A stretch of DNA of 64,000 nucleotides. Origin: Candidatus Saccharicenans sp. (GTDB taxonomy: Bacteria; Acidobacteriota; Aminicenantia; Aminicenantales; Saccharicenantaceae). The notes below the pieces were generated by a model, which had not been told where the DNA came from, searched no databases, and saw nothing but the letters and a program-made list of their open reading frames with translations. Every line of letters starts with the position of its first letter. The stretch's first letter is position 1. A program made the translations under genes and the position numbers. Of the stretch, positions 37,327 to 46,125 are shown piece after piece. The stretch lies in NCBI GenBank assembly GCA_049719515.1, contig JBNARJ010000012.1, forward strand, positions 2,823 through 66,822, written 5' to 3'.

Positions 37327-38208
37327 TTATTTTATTCTATGTCTGGCCACTTTTCGGGTCAGAACCCTGGCGGCCAAGCTCAGGCTCAGGACAAGCAAGG
37401 TCAGGATAGCCGCCGAAGCATAGGCTCGCTGTTGCACCTCTGGAAAAGGCGAGTTGAGCTGGAAAAAAATGGCCAGCGGCAGGGTGGCCACAGGTTGCAA
37501 AAGAGAAGTGGTAAGGCGGTCGGTGTAACCGGCGGTAAAGAGCACCGAAGCTGCATCTCCCAAACCACGGCCGAGCGCAACGAGCACGGCTGTTACCAGC
37601 CCGGGGAAAGCCTGTCTTAAAACCACCCTGGTGGCGGTCTGCCAGCGGTTGGCGCCAACGGCATAGGTGGCTTCTCTGAGCTCGGCCGGCACCAGGCGGA
37701 TGGTTTCGTCAAGCGCGCGGGCCAAGATTGGTAATTCCACCAGGGCCAAGGTAATCATACCGGCCAGCAGGGAGGCCCGCAGCCGGAAGGTCAGCATCAG
37801 CAGGAAGCCAAAAGCCCCGAAAACAATCGAGGGTATGCCCCAGAGTATGTCCAGAACGAGCCTGATTACTTCAGAAAGAAGTGATTTTTTCTTAAGATAA
37901 GTGTTGAGGTAAATAATTCCGGGCAGGGCCAGAAACATGGCCAGCAGAGTGGCGCCCAGGGTAATCTCCAAGGAACCAACGATGGCGTTGAGTATTCCTC
38001 CCTCCTGGCCAAGGTAATAACCGGCGCCAGAAGTCTTGGTGACCATCGAAAGTTTAAGAGCAGGCAGGCTCTTGCGCAGTACGGTCACCAGGATCAAAAG
38101 CAGTATTAAAGCCACCAGCAGGGAGGCTCCGAGCATCAGGAAGTAAAAAGCGCGGTCAACTCGCCGGCGGCGTTTGAGCCGGTCCTCAGCCGCTGAAATT
38201 TTTTTCAC
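37327..38208 (-). CDS. pstA: PstA-like ABC permease (operon 1)
   Basis: GGILNAIVGS, GIPSIVFG, REATYAVGA, RGLGDAA. The GTG overlaps the upstream TGA. Confidence 0.85.
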   Translation of the reverse strand: MKKISAAEDRLKRRRRVDRAFYFLMLGASLLVALILLLILVTVLRKSLPALKLSMVTKTSGAGYYLGQEGGILNAIVGSLEITLGATLLAMFLALPGIIYLNTYLKKKSLLSEVIRLVLDILWGIPSIVFGAFGFLLMLTFRLRASLLAGMITLALVELPILARALDETIRLVPAELREATYAVGANRWQTATRVVLRQAFPGLVTAVLVALGRGLGDAASVLFTAGYTDRLTTSLLQPVATLPLAIFFQLNSPFPEVQQRAYASAAILTLLVLSLSLAARVLTRKVARHRIK

Positions 38209-39086
38209 TGCCCGGACCTCCTGACTAACCTTGAAAGATAGAGCCTGGCCAGCAGGCTGAAAGCCATTACCACGAACAGCAAAATAAGGGCGGCCAGGTT
38301 GAGAGCTGCTTCGTAGCCCGGGATAGAAAGCATCTCCCCGTAGTTGTTCGCCAGCAGAGCTGGTATCGGGTAAGCCGGGGAAAAAAGTGAACGAGGTATT
38401 TCAGGTACATTGCCAACCACCATCAGCACGGCTATGGTTTCACCAAAAGCTCGGGCAAGCCCCAGCACGCCCGCGGCTAAAAGACCCGGGCGCGCTTTTT
38501 TCAGGATAACATGTTTGACTACTTCAAATCGGGTGGCGCCGAGAGAAAGGGCCGCTTCTTTCAGGCTGGCCGGCACAGAACTTATCACTTCGGCCGAAAT
38601 GTTGACCATGGTCGGCAGAATCATCACGGCCAGGACGAGGCCCGCGGTCAGCACGCTGTAGCCTGAGCTGGGGCAGCCAGCAAGGGGAGCTAAAAAGCGG
38701 CCAACAAATGGTACAACCATCAATACCCCCCACATACCGTAGATGACCGAAGGTAAACCGGCCAGCAGGTCAACTGCGGGCAGGATTATTTTTTTAACTC
38801 CGGCCGGAGCATATTCTGCCAGATAAAGCGAAGTGAGCACAGAAACAGGCAAAGCCAAGATAAAAGCCACGGCTGTTACCCAGAGGGTGCTCAGGAGAAA
38901 GGGCCAGAGGCCAAACTCACCTTTTTGCGGCTGCCAGGCCGAACTAAAGATAAGTTCCGGCAGCGATTTTAAAGAAATAAGCGGCCAGGCTTTAAGCAGG
39001 ATGGCCAGAAAGATGGCCGCAGTCAACAAAACCGGAAAAAAAGCAATTATGCCTGAAGCACCGGCCACCAGCTTTTCTTTTGTCAT
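38205..39086 (-). CDS. pstC: PstC-like ABC permease (operon 1)
   Basis: LAGLPSVIYG, KEAALSLGAT, RAFGETIAVLMVVGN. Start reassigned to ATG 39086, which overlaps the pstS stop (ATGA). Confidence 0.87.
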   Translation of the reverse strand: MTKEKLVAGASGIIAFFPVLLTAAIFLAILLKAWPLISLKSLPELIFSSAWQPQKGEFGLWPFLLSTLWVTAVAFILALPVSVLTSLYLAEYAPAGVKKIILPAVDLLAGLPSVIYGMWGVLMVVPFVGRFLAPLAGCPSSGYSVLTAGLVLAVMILPTMVNISAEVISSVPASLKEAALSLGATRFEVVKHVILKKARPGLLAAGVLGLARAFGETIAVLMVVGNVPEIPRSLFSPAYPIPALLANNYGEMLSIPGYEAALNLAALILLFVVMAFSLLARLYLSRLVRRSGQ

Positions 39087-40210
39087 TTCTGGCGCTCTTT
39101 TGCTAAATCTTGGGATAAGGATTTTAGCTTGATTTTTTCTTCTTCCAAAACTGCGGCGGGCAAACGCACGTAGCCGGCTTTTTCCACCAGGCTCTGGCCT
39201 TCCTGCAGACACCACAGTAAAAAAGGCAGGATTAACTGATTGTGAACCGGCCTGGTTATGACCAGGTAAAGGTCTCGGGCCGGGGGAGAAGGATAAACGC
39301 CTGAAGAAATGGCCTGCCTGAGGCTTTCTCTTGTGTGATAAAAATCTTCTTCCCCAGACAGCTGACCGTCTTCGTTCAGGTCGAGCGGGCCAACCGCCAG
39401 GCCAGCGTGCGGCCGACCTGTGGCGGGGTTAAAGGCGAAATTCAGGTTGTTAAAACCCAGGCCCAGCGGGTCGCGGCGGACGGCTTCGGCCAGCCCGGGG
39501 TCGCCGTAAATGGCAATACCTTTCAGGTCTTCCTGGTGTCCGCCGAGAAAGGCGGCCCAGGTTTCGGCCGCACCGCAGGCGTCGGACCGGGTATAAAGAT
39601 GGATGGGCGTCTGCCCTTTTTGTCCTACCAGTTCTTCCCAGGTTTTAATTTTACCTTCAATCCAGACTGCTCGGAGAGCTTTTCGGTCGAGACCTTTTTT
39701 CAGTATGAACTTCAAAAAGGGGTTTTTTTCGTTCAGGGTAGCGACCACCGCATCGCGGGCGACGGCCACCGGAAAGGCTCCGCGGCTTATTTCTTCAGGG
39801 TAGACAGCACGCGAGACAAGGGCAATATCTACCAGGCCGGACAGAACATCGGCCATACCCTTGCCTGCCCCGCCGGCCTGCAGGTCTATTTTTACCCCGG
39901 GCTGGAGTTTCTGAAATTCTTCTACCCAGCAAGCGGCTAAGGGGTAAAGAGCCCAGGCGCCAGAAATGCTCAACTGACCTTTAAGCTGAGGAAGGGGCCG
40001 AGTTAAGAAATTTTTGTCGCTCTGGCTTTGCGCCAGTAGACCAGAGGGTGACAGTAAAAAGCTGCCAGATATAAATAATACAAACAGAGCAACGGCCAGC
40101 AGCCCTGACCGGCTCAAGACGGATGGCCTTTTCCTTTTAGCCCGTAGCTTAAAAGCATTGACAGAAACCGGTTTGAAAATCGGCCTTTTTTGAGTAACAA
40201 ACAATTTCAC
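39083..40210 (-). CDS. PstS-like oxyanion-binding protein with a divergent ligand site (operon 1)
   Basis: SGAWALYP, AGGAGKG, VSR, RSDACGAAETW, YGDPG, PSPPARDLY; N-terminal export signal; RBS GAGGAGG. Confidence 0.8.
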   Translation of the reverse strand: MKLFVTQKRPIFKPVSVNAFKLRAKRKRPSVLSRSGLLAVALFVLFISGSFLLSPSGLLAQSQSDKNFLTRPLPQLKGQLSISGAWALYPLAACWVEEFQKLQPGVKIDLQAGGAGKGMADVLSGLVDIALVSRAVYPEEISRGAFPVAVARDAVVATLNEKNPFLKFILKKGLDRKALRAVWIEGKIKTWEELVGQKGQTPIHLYTRSDACGAAETWAAFLGGHQEDLKGIAIYGDPGLAEAVRRDPLGLGFNNLNFAFNPATGRPHAGLAVGPLDLNEDGQLSGEEDFYHTRESLRQAISSGVYPSPPARDLYLVITRPVHNQLILPFLLWCLQEGQSLVEKAGYVRLPAAVLEEEKIKLKSLSQDLAKERQK

Positions 40211-40272
40211 CTTATCTTTCCTCCTCAGCCTTAACCAACTATTTATCTAAAGTTTCATTTACCCAATTGCCC

Positions 40273-41283
40273 TTAAAAGCCGACCTGAAGCTGAGCCAAG
40301 AAAGCGTGGGTATCCCTCTCCAGCTGGCGGTCATGGTATTCATAGTTGACCTGGAATTTTGATTTAGAAGAAACAAACCAGTTCAGCCCCGTCGTGTAGA
40401 TGGTGGTTTTCTGCCCGGGCCGGGACAGGTCCAGATTAACAGAGTCAAGGCGCCCGATTAACTGGACCTTGTCAGGTATTAACGTATAACCCAAAAGGGT
40501 ATACCAGCCCTGTTTTTTCTGCAGGTCATCAGTCGCCCGGATGTATTCCGCCTGAAAAGCAAAGCGCCCGGCGGAGTAACTGGCTTCCAGGCCATATTTA
40601 TTTCTTACTAAATTAGTAGGATTTCCGGGAACGGTCTTTTTGCCCTGATAAAGCGAAAAGCCTAACTTCAGGCCGGGCCTGGCTTTTAATAACAGCCGGC
40701 CGCTGAAATCTTTCCGGTCGTTGTCATCTTTGCGGTTGATGCCTGAGCCGTTAATCAGCCCGAGATAATATTCAAAAATCGAATGGCGCCCGAAAAGGAC
40801 CAGCCCCTGGTCTCGCCCCGTTGCTCCGTTATCCCGGCCAGGGGCAAGCAGGTCAACCGTCTGAGAGCGGTTAATAGTTAGCAATTCGCCGGCGGAAGTA
40901 GTGTTTTCCAGACTGAAAGGCACCAGGAATTGACCGAAACGCAGGTTAAGCTGTTCGCTTATGGGAATTTCGGCCAGGGCATCCCGCAGAACAGGGGACT
41001 TGGCCAAGTCAACCTGAATTTTAAAGCGAAGCCATTTTAAAAGGCTTCCGGACAGGGAGAGCCTGGCCCGGTTGACGGAAAAAGTGTCGGCTTCGGTGTT
41101 TTTACTGCTAAATTGAAGCTGGGTGTAACCGGAAAGCTGGAGTGGGATGGTCGTCTGGATGGCCAAGCTTTCTGCTTTTTTGCTTTCCCCGTTTACCGCA
41201 GTGGCCTGCACTGAGCCCGGGCGCACCAGAATAATCAGCAGCATGACTGAAAGGAAAAGGTTTAACAAAACAGGTCGATTCAT
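40273..41283 (-). CDS. Outer-membrane porin, OprO/OprP-like
   Basis: Signal peptide; RARLSLSG, GQFLVPFSLE, RDQGL, QAEY; ends QLQVGF. ATG 41283 overlaps the rrf2 stop. Confidence 0.8.
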   Translation of the reverse strand: MNRPVLLNLFLSVMLLIILVRPGSVQATAVNGESKKAESLAIQTTIPLQLSGYTQLQFSSKNTEADTFSVNRARLSLSGSLLKWLRFKIQVDLAKSPVLRDALAEIPISEQLNLRFGQFLVPFSLENTTSAGELLTINRSQTVDLLAPGRDNGATGRDQGLVLFGRHSIFEYYLGLINGSGINRKDDNDRKDFSGRLLLKARPGLKLGFSLYQGKKTVPGNPTNLVRNKYGLEASYSAGRFAFQAEYIRATDDLQKKQGWYTLLGYTLIPDKVQLIGRLDSVNLDLSRPGQKTTIYTTGLNWFVSSKSKFQVNYEYHDRQLERDTHAFLAQLQVGF

Positions 41284-41729
41284 TTTTTCTTCTCCATGAG
41301 GTGTTTTCTGTTTATCAGCTGTTGCCTTTTGAGCACATCTGCAAAAGTGGTTTTTTCTAAGTGTAAGGCCACCAGGTCGCGGACCTCTTTCCACAGCCAG
41401 CGCAGCCCGCATCTTTCTTCAAGCGGACAGGGTTCGTGCTCGATGACGCTCACGCAGTTGATGGGCGCCAGCGGTCCGTCCATCACCCTGATCACTTCGG
41501 CTACCGTAATTTCGGCTGGCGGCCTGGCCAAATAATAACCGCCGTTCGGTCCCTTTTTGCTTTTGACATAACCGGCCCGACGCAGCAGGAGCAGGATCTG
41601 TTCCAAGAAAGGCTGAGGAATGGCCTGGCGCATAGCGATGATTTTAATGGGTACCGGCCCCTGACCGTAACAAGCAGACAGCTCGACCATCGCCCGGCTG
41701 GCATATTCACCCTTGGTGGAAAGCCTCAA
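41280..41729 (-). CDS. Rrf2-family (IscR/CymR-like) transcriptional regulator with 3 Cys
   Basis: LSTKGEYA.RA, FLEQIL, G.V.S.KGPNGGYYL, C92/C101/C107; TTG start with SD AAGGAGG. Confidence 0.93.
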   Translation of the reverse strand: MRLSTKGEYASRAMVELSACYGQGPVPIKIIAMRQAIPQPFLEQILLLLRRAGYVKSKKGPNGGYYLARPPAEITVAEVIRVMDGPLAPINCVSVIEHEPCPLEERCGLRWLWKEVRDLVALHLEKTTFADVLKRQQLINRKHLMEKKK

Positions 41730-41745
41730 CGGCCTGACCTCCTTA

Positions 41746-41770
41746 ATAGTTGATTAATTTTATCGACAAT
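41746..41770. promoter_or_regulatory. IscR type-1-like operator (probable Rrf2 autoregulatory site)
   Basis: ATAGTTGATTAATTTTATCGACAAT, a 25-bp imperfect palindrome. It matches 21/25 positions of the E. coli IscR type-1 consensus ATASYYGACTRwwwYAGTCRRSTAT and abuts the rrf2 SD. Confidence 0.65.
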
Positions 41771-42569
41771 ATCATATAATAATTTTAAGGGTGCTTGTCA
41801 ACAAGTTTTTTGCGGGCGGCGGCCAGAAATTCAGACTGGTCTGGACCGCCCGGACGACAGATAAATTTAAGATAATTTTTTTCTTGTCTGAATACATTTC
41901 GAAGACAGAAGATTTTTTGACCGGCTAAATATCATTTAAGGTTCGACACGGTATTTTCCGGGGGAAAAGAAGAAAAGAAAATTGAGGAAAAGCTGAAACG
42001 GCCTCCCCGGCCGTACCGGCTCCGGTCTCTCACCGAGGAAGTCCATCTGTCGAGCACCATATCAAATAGATATTTGAACGCCCCGCTCAACCACACTCCT
42101 TGTGGCTCTCAACATAACTCAAAGAAATACCAGATAACCTTCAGTTGATTAAAAAAATTTTATTTTCGTTGAGACCATAATTCGACCAGAAACGTCATTC
42201 AGGGTGGCAATAAAAGCGGTCAGGTTCCACTGGTAATGACCGCCCTGCCCGCATTTCCTGTTTTTCGAGGAAATATGCTTAAGCAACAGAGGCCCTAACT
42301 TTAACCGGCGTTTTTATAAAGATTAAAATAAAAAAATTAGATATTGCTTAGAAATTGGTTGCTTTATTTGCCGGTTGAATGTTTATGTCGATGTATTAGA
42401 ATTGTAGAAGCAGGGTAGCGTTTAGAAGGTTTGCCTAAAAAACGGTGTTTGGCTTTCGGCCCGGGCCAGCTTCCGGGCGAAACTGGTGGAAAATTTTTAT
42501 AAGAAATTTTATTATTAAGTTATAAAATAAACTTTGGTTTCGAATTTTCAGGTCAGACCGGAGGGCAAA

Positions 42570-43352
42570 ATGAAGAAAAGAAACTGGGCTGGCACGGCTT
42601 TGATGATTTTGCTTTTTTGCAGCCATTCTTTTTTACTGGCTCAGGTCAAAGCGCCCAGGGTGGTGTTTAAGGAAAAAGAATGGGATTTTGGCCGGATAAA
42701 ACAGGGAGAGGTAGTGACCCATGAATTTATTTTCCGCAACGAAGGCACGGCGCCTTTGAAAATAACGCGCGTGACTACTTCATGCGGTTGCACGGCGGCT
42801 CTGGTTTCGGCAAATGAAGTGGCTCCGGGGCAGGAAGGCCGTCTTAAAGTCACCTTTGACTCGCGAGGCTATTACGACAAAGTCATAAAATATGTTTATT
42901 TCGAATCCAACGACCCGGAAAAGCCAAGAATTGAGCTGACCATTACTACCATAGTGGAGACAGGGCCGGCCCCGCGGGTGGAGCTGGACCGTTATAATGT
43001 CGATTTGGGCATAGCGCTTGAAGGAGAAGAGGCTTCGGCCGTCATCGGCCTGAAGAATGTGGGCCAGCTCGAACTGAAGATAGAGACCGAAATGTCTGAT
43101 ACTTCTTTTTACGTCAACGGCAAAAAAATCACTTTCCCCTACCGGGTGCCGGCGGGCAAAGCGGTTGAACTGGAAGTACGTTTTCCGGGCAAAGCCGGTC
43201 GCCTTGGTTTATTGAGAGATTACGTGCTTCTTAAAACCAACGACCCGATGCGCTCCACGCTTTCTATATTTGTCACCAGGTATGTGGTGACCAAGGATGA
43301 GTTAAAAAAACTTTTTGAAAAATATGGCCAAGAGCTTGGGATAAAACGATGA
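42570..43352 (+). CDS. Exported DUF1573 (Ig-like) domain protein
   Basis: Signal peptide; HEFIFRNEG.APL.I..V..SCGCT motif; a second Ig-like repeat. Start reassigned to ATG 42570. Confidence 0.85.
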   Translation: MKKRNWAGTALMILLFCSHSFLLAQVKAPRVVFKEKEWDFGRIKQGEVVTHEFIFRNEGTAPLKITRVTTSCGCTAALVSANEVAPGQEGRLKVTFDSRGYYDKVIKYVYFESNDPEKPRIELTITTIVETGPAPRVELDRYNVDLGIALEGEEASAVIGLKNVGQLELKIETEMSDTSFYVNGKKITFPYRVPAGKAVELEVRFPGKAGRLGLLRDYVLLKTNDPMRSTLSIFVTRYVVTKDELKKLFEKYGQELGIKR

Positions 43353-43396
43353 GCCAAAATAGGGCCAAAACAATCTCATGAAACAGCAATAATCTC

Positions 43397-43651
43397 ATGA
43401 AACAACCCGAGCCGGTGAAAAGATTACTGAACGTAAAGGTGCAGCCCAAGGCCTCGCGGCAGCAGCTGGTGCAAACAGCCGAAAATGAATTTAAAGCCTG
43501 GTTGACCTCACCACCAGAAAAAGGCAAAGCCAATGCCGAGCTGCTGGAGCTTCTGGCCGATTATCTGAACCTTCCCGTTTCGCACCTGCGGCTGGTGCGG
43601 GGTGAAACCTCAAGGATAAAGGTGGTGGAAGTGGTTGGGCGGCCGAAATAA
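43397..43651 (+). CDS. DUF167/YggU-family protein
   Basis: VKVQPKAS, PPEKGKANAELL, L..GETSR.KVV. Confidence 0.9.
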   Translation: MKQPEPVKRLLNVKVQPKASRQQLVQTAENEFKAWLTSPPEKGKANAELLELLADYLNLPVSHLRLVRGETSRIKVVEVVGRPK

Positions 43652-43799
43652 ATCTGCCGGGCGAAAGAAAAATCCAAATATTTCAGTGAGAAGTGTGAGC
43701 CGGCTCTCTTTTTTATCAAAGCCGGGCTCCCACTGCTTGAGAGCTTGCTGAATTATGGTTAAAATCGGATAAATAATAATTATTTAAACGGGGAAAAAT

Positions 43800-45110
43800 A
43801 TGAGCTGGTTGAATGCCATAAGCTTTCTGGGGATATTTCTGCTGGCCTCAGCCGCCTGGCTTTTTTCCAGCCAGAAAAGAGTTATAAACTGGAAAGTGGT
43901 CATCTGGGGAGTGGGGCTTCAATTAGGTTTTGCCTTCTTTATCTTCAGGGTTCCGGCCGGGGTTAAGTTTTTCTTGGCCATGAATGAGCTTGTGGTCAGC
44001 ATACTAAATTCAGCCACAGCGGGCATTAAATTTCTGTTTGGCCGTTTAGCTATTCCGCCAGGTGCGGTTGGAGAAGGGGGAGAGACCTCTCTCGGTTTTA
44101 TCCTGGCGGTGCAAAGCCTGCCCACGGTGGTGTTTTTCTCCGCCCTGGTGGGCATGCTTTATTATCTTAAAGTTATGCCCTTCCTCATCCGGCTTTTTGC
44201 CAGGATTTTTACCCGTTTGATGAAGGTCAGCGGCGCAGAAGCGCTGTGCGTTTCGAGCAATATTTTTGTCGGTGTGGAATCTTCCGTGGTGGTCAGGCCT
44301 TATCTTTACCAGATGACCATCTCGGAGCTCGGGACTATTCTGACGGCCGGAATGGCCACCATCGCTTCCTCGGTCCTTTCAGTCTATGTTATGGTTCTCA
44401 AAGAAGCATTGCCAACCATTGCCGGTCATTTGGTCTCTGCCTCGCTTCTCTCGGCACCGGCAGCCCTGCTGACCTCTAAGCTGATTTTCCCCGAAACAGA
44501 AAAGCCGCTGACCCTCGGGCTGGAGGTGAAGCCTTATTATGAAAAAGAAGATAACCTGATTATGGCCATAATTAACGGGGCCAATGCCGGCCTCAAGCTC
44601 CTGGGCGGCATCATTGCCCTGCTGCTGGCTTTCCTGGGGTTGATGGCTCTTCTGGACTTTTTTCTTGGCTGGGGCGGCGGTCATCTCAACCGTTGGCTGG
44701 GGCTTTCCTTCAACTGGAAAATAGCGAACATCCTGAGTTATGTTTTTTTACCTTTTACCCTGGTCATGGGAGTGCACCCCCATGATGCCCTCACGGTGGC
44801 CAGGCTGCTGGGCGAACGGGTTGTGGCCACAGAGCTGGTCAGCTACCAGCACCTGGCCGACCTGATAAAAGCCGGAGCTTTTATCGACCCCCGCTCGCCG
44901 GTCATTGCTTCTTATGCCCTGTGCGGCTTTGCCCACGTAGCTTCCCTGGCCATTTTTGTAGGCGGCATTGGCGCGCTGGCTCCGGGCAGGCTCAAAGACC
45001 TGTCACGTATTGGCCTGAAAGCTCTGGTGGCGGCCACCATAGCCTGCCTTATTACCGGTGCGGTAGCCGGACTTTTTGCCGCCGGCTCGACCGTGCTTTT
45101 CGGACCTTGA
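43800..45110 (+). CDS. Concentrative nucleoside transporter (CNT/NupC family)
   Basis: INWKVVIWG..LQ, FVGVES, MATIASSV, NE-like TELVSY, ALCGFA. Confidence 0.92.
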   Translation: MSWLNAISFLGIFLLASAAWLFSSQKRVINWKVVIWGVGLQLGFAFFIFRVPAGVKFFLAMNELVVSILNSATAGIKFLFGRLAIPPGAVGEGGETSLGFILAVQSLPTVVFFSALVGMLYYLKVMPFLIRLFARIFTRLMKVSGAEALCVSSNIFVGVESSVVVRPYLYQMTISELGTILTAGMATIASSVLSVYVMVLKEALPTIAGHLVSASLLSAPAALLTSKLIFPETEKPLTLGLEVKPYYEKEDNLIMAIINGANAGLKLLGGIIALLLAFLGLMALLDFFLGWGGGHLNRWLGLSFNWKIANILSYVFLPFTLVMGVHPHDALTVARLLGERVVATELVSYQHLADLIKAGAFIDPRSPVIASYALCGFAHVASLAIFVGGIGALAPGRLKDLSRIGLKALVAATIACLITGAVAGLFAAGSTVLFGP

Positions 45111-45249
45111 GCACTTATAAAAGACAAATTTCAAGCTGAGAAATTCAAGGATAGCCGCTCGTCTTATATTTTGTCTGAAGTAAAAAAAGGTTGTCCGGGG
45201 CTGACGAGGATGTGATAGAATAAAAGAAAATCGAGAAGGAGAAGGGAAC

Positions 45250-46125
45250 ATGAAAAATCAAATTAAAAACATCCTCTGGGCAACGGACTTTTCCGGTGAA
45301 TCTTTAACTGCTCTGAGTTATGCCAAGTATCTGGCCGATAAATTTAATGCTTCCATCACGGCTCTGCACGTCGTGCCGGATTTTGCTCCGGCCCTTTATG
45401 AAACGCGGGGCGTGCTGGTGGCGGAGCTGGTTGAAAAGCAGGAAGAAAGCAAAATAAAAGCCGGAAAGAAGCTGGAAAAAATTCAGGAGAAAGCGGGATT
45501 AAGCTTCGCCAAGATTTTAGTGGAGACCGGCTCGCCGGGGAAAAAGGTTGCTGAAATGGCCGAAAAGGAAAAATGTCAGTTAATCGCCATCGGCCGCAAG
45601 GGTATGTCAGCCCTGGAGAAAATTTTGCTCGGCAGTGTGGCCAGCCGCATACTCCGGCATTCGAAAGTGCCGGTCCTGGTTACTCCCAGAATGAGGAAAT
45701 CGCCAGAAATTAACAACATCCTGGTGCCCACCGATTTTTCTGGCAGAGAAGAGAAAGAAAGAGACTATGCCTGGATGATGGCCTCGGCTCTTCAGGCTAA
45801 TTTGACCTTGATATATATTCTGGAACTGTACGATTTCAAATTTTCCCCAGATGAAATAAAAAAAATGATGGACCAGGCTCTGGAAAGGTTAAAAAACCGC
45901 AAGAAGCGCCGGCAGGAATTTGAAGTCAAGGAAGTGGTGGTCCGCGACCTGAATGCCGCTGCCGGAATTGTGACCTATGCGGCCAGGCATAAAATGGACC
46001 TTATCTTGATGTCCACCTGTGTTTCTCCCATTGAGAGGTTTTTCCTCGGCAGCACAACTGAAAAAGTGATATCCTACGCCACCGTTCCCGTGTTAGCTTT
46101 GCCTTCGGTTTACTGTGAGAAGTGA
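45250..46125 (+). CDS. Tandem-domain universal stress protein
   Basis: Two repeats: ILWATDFS...LGSVASRIL and ILVPTDFS...LGSTTEKVI. Confidence 0.92.
   Translation: MKNQIKNILWATDFSGESLTALSYAKYLADKFNASITALHVVPDFAPALYETRGVLVAELVEKQEESKIKAGKKLEKIQEKAGLSFAKILVETGSPGKKVAEMAEKEKCQLIAIGRKGMSALEKILLGSVASRILRHSKVPVLVTPRMRKSPEINNILVPTDFSGREEKERDYAWMMASALQANLTLIYILELYDFKFSPDEIKKMMDQALERLKNRKKRRQEFEVKEVVVRDLNAAAGIVTYAARHKMDLILMSTCVSPIERFFLGSTTEKVISYATVPVLALPSVYCEK

Noticed and set aside
40231-40262. Degenerate TTAAC/TTATC/TTCAT repeats between the porin and pstS-like genes of operon 1
   Set aside because: They are poorly conserved, irregularly spaced and in the opposite orientation to the clear Pho boxes at 62535-62572. 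Still worth testing, because real PhoB binding here would weaken the Rrf2-only model.
41932-42090. 52-aa TTG-start ORF on the minus strand behind an AAGGAG
   Set aside because: Low-complexity Ser/Phe/Arg composition, no motif and a weak start codon. The hairpin itself is recorded under the intergenic finding.
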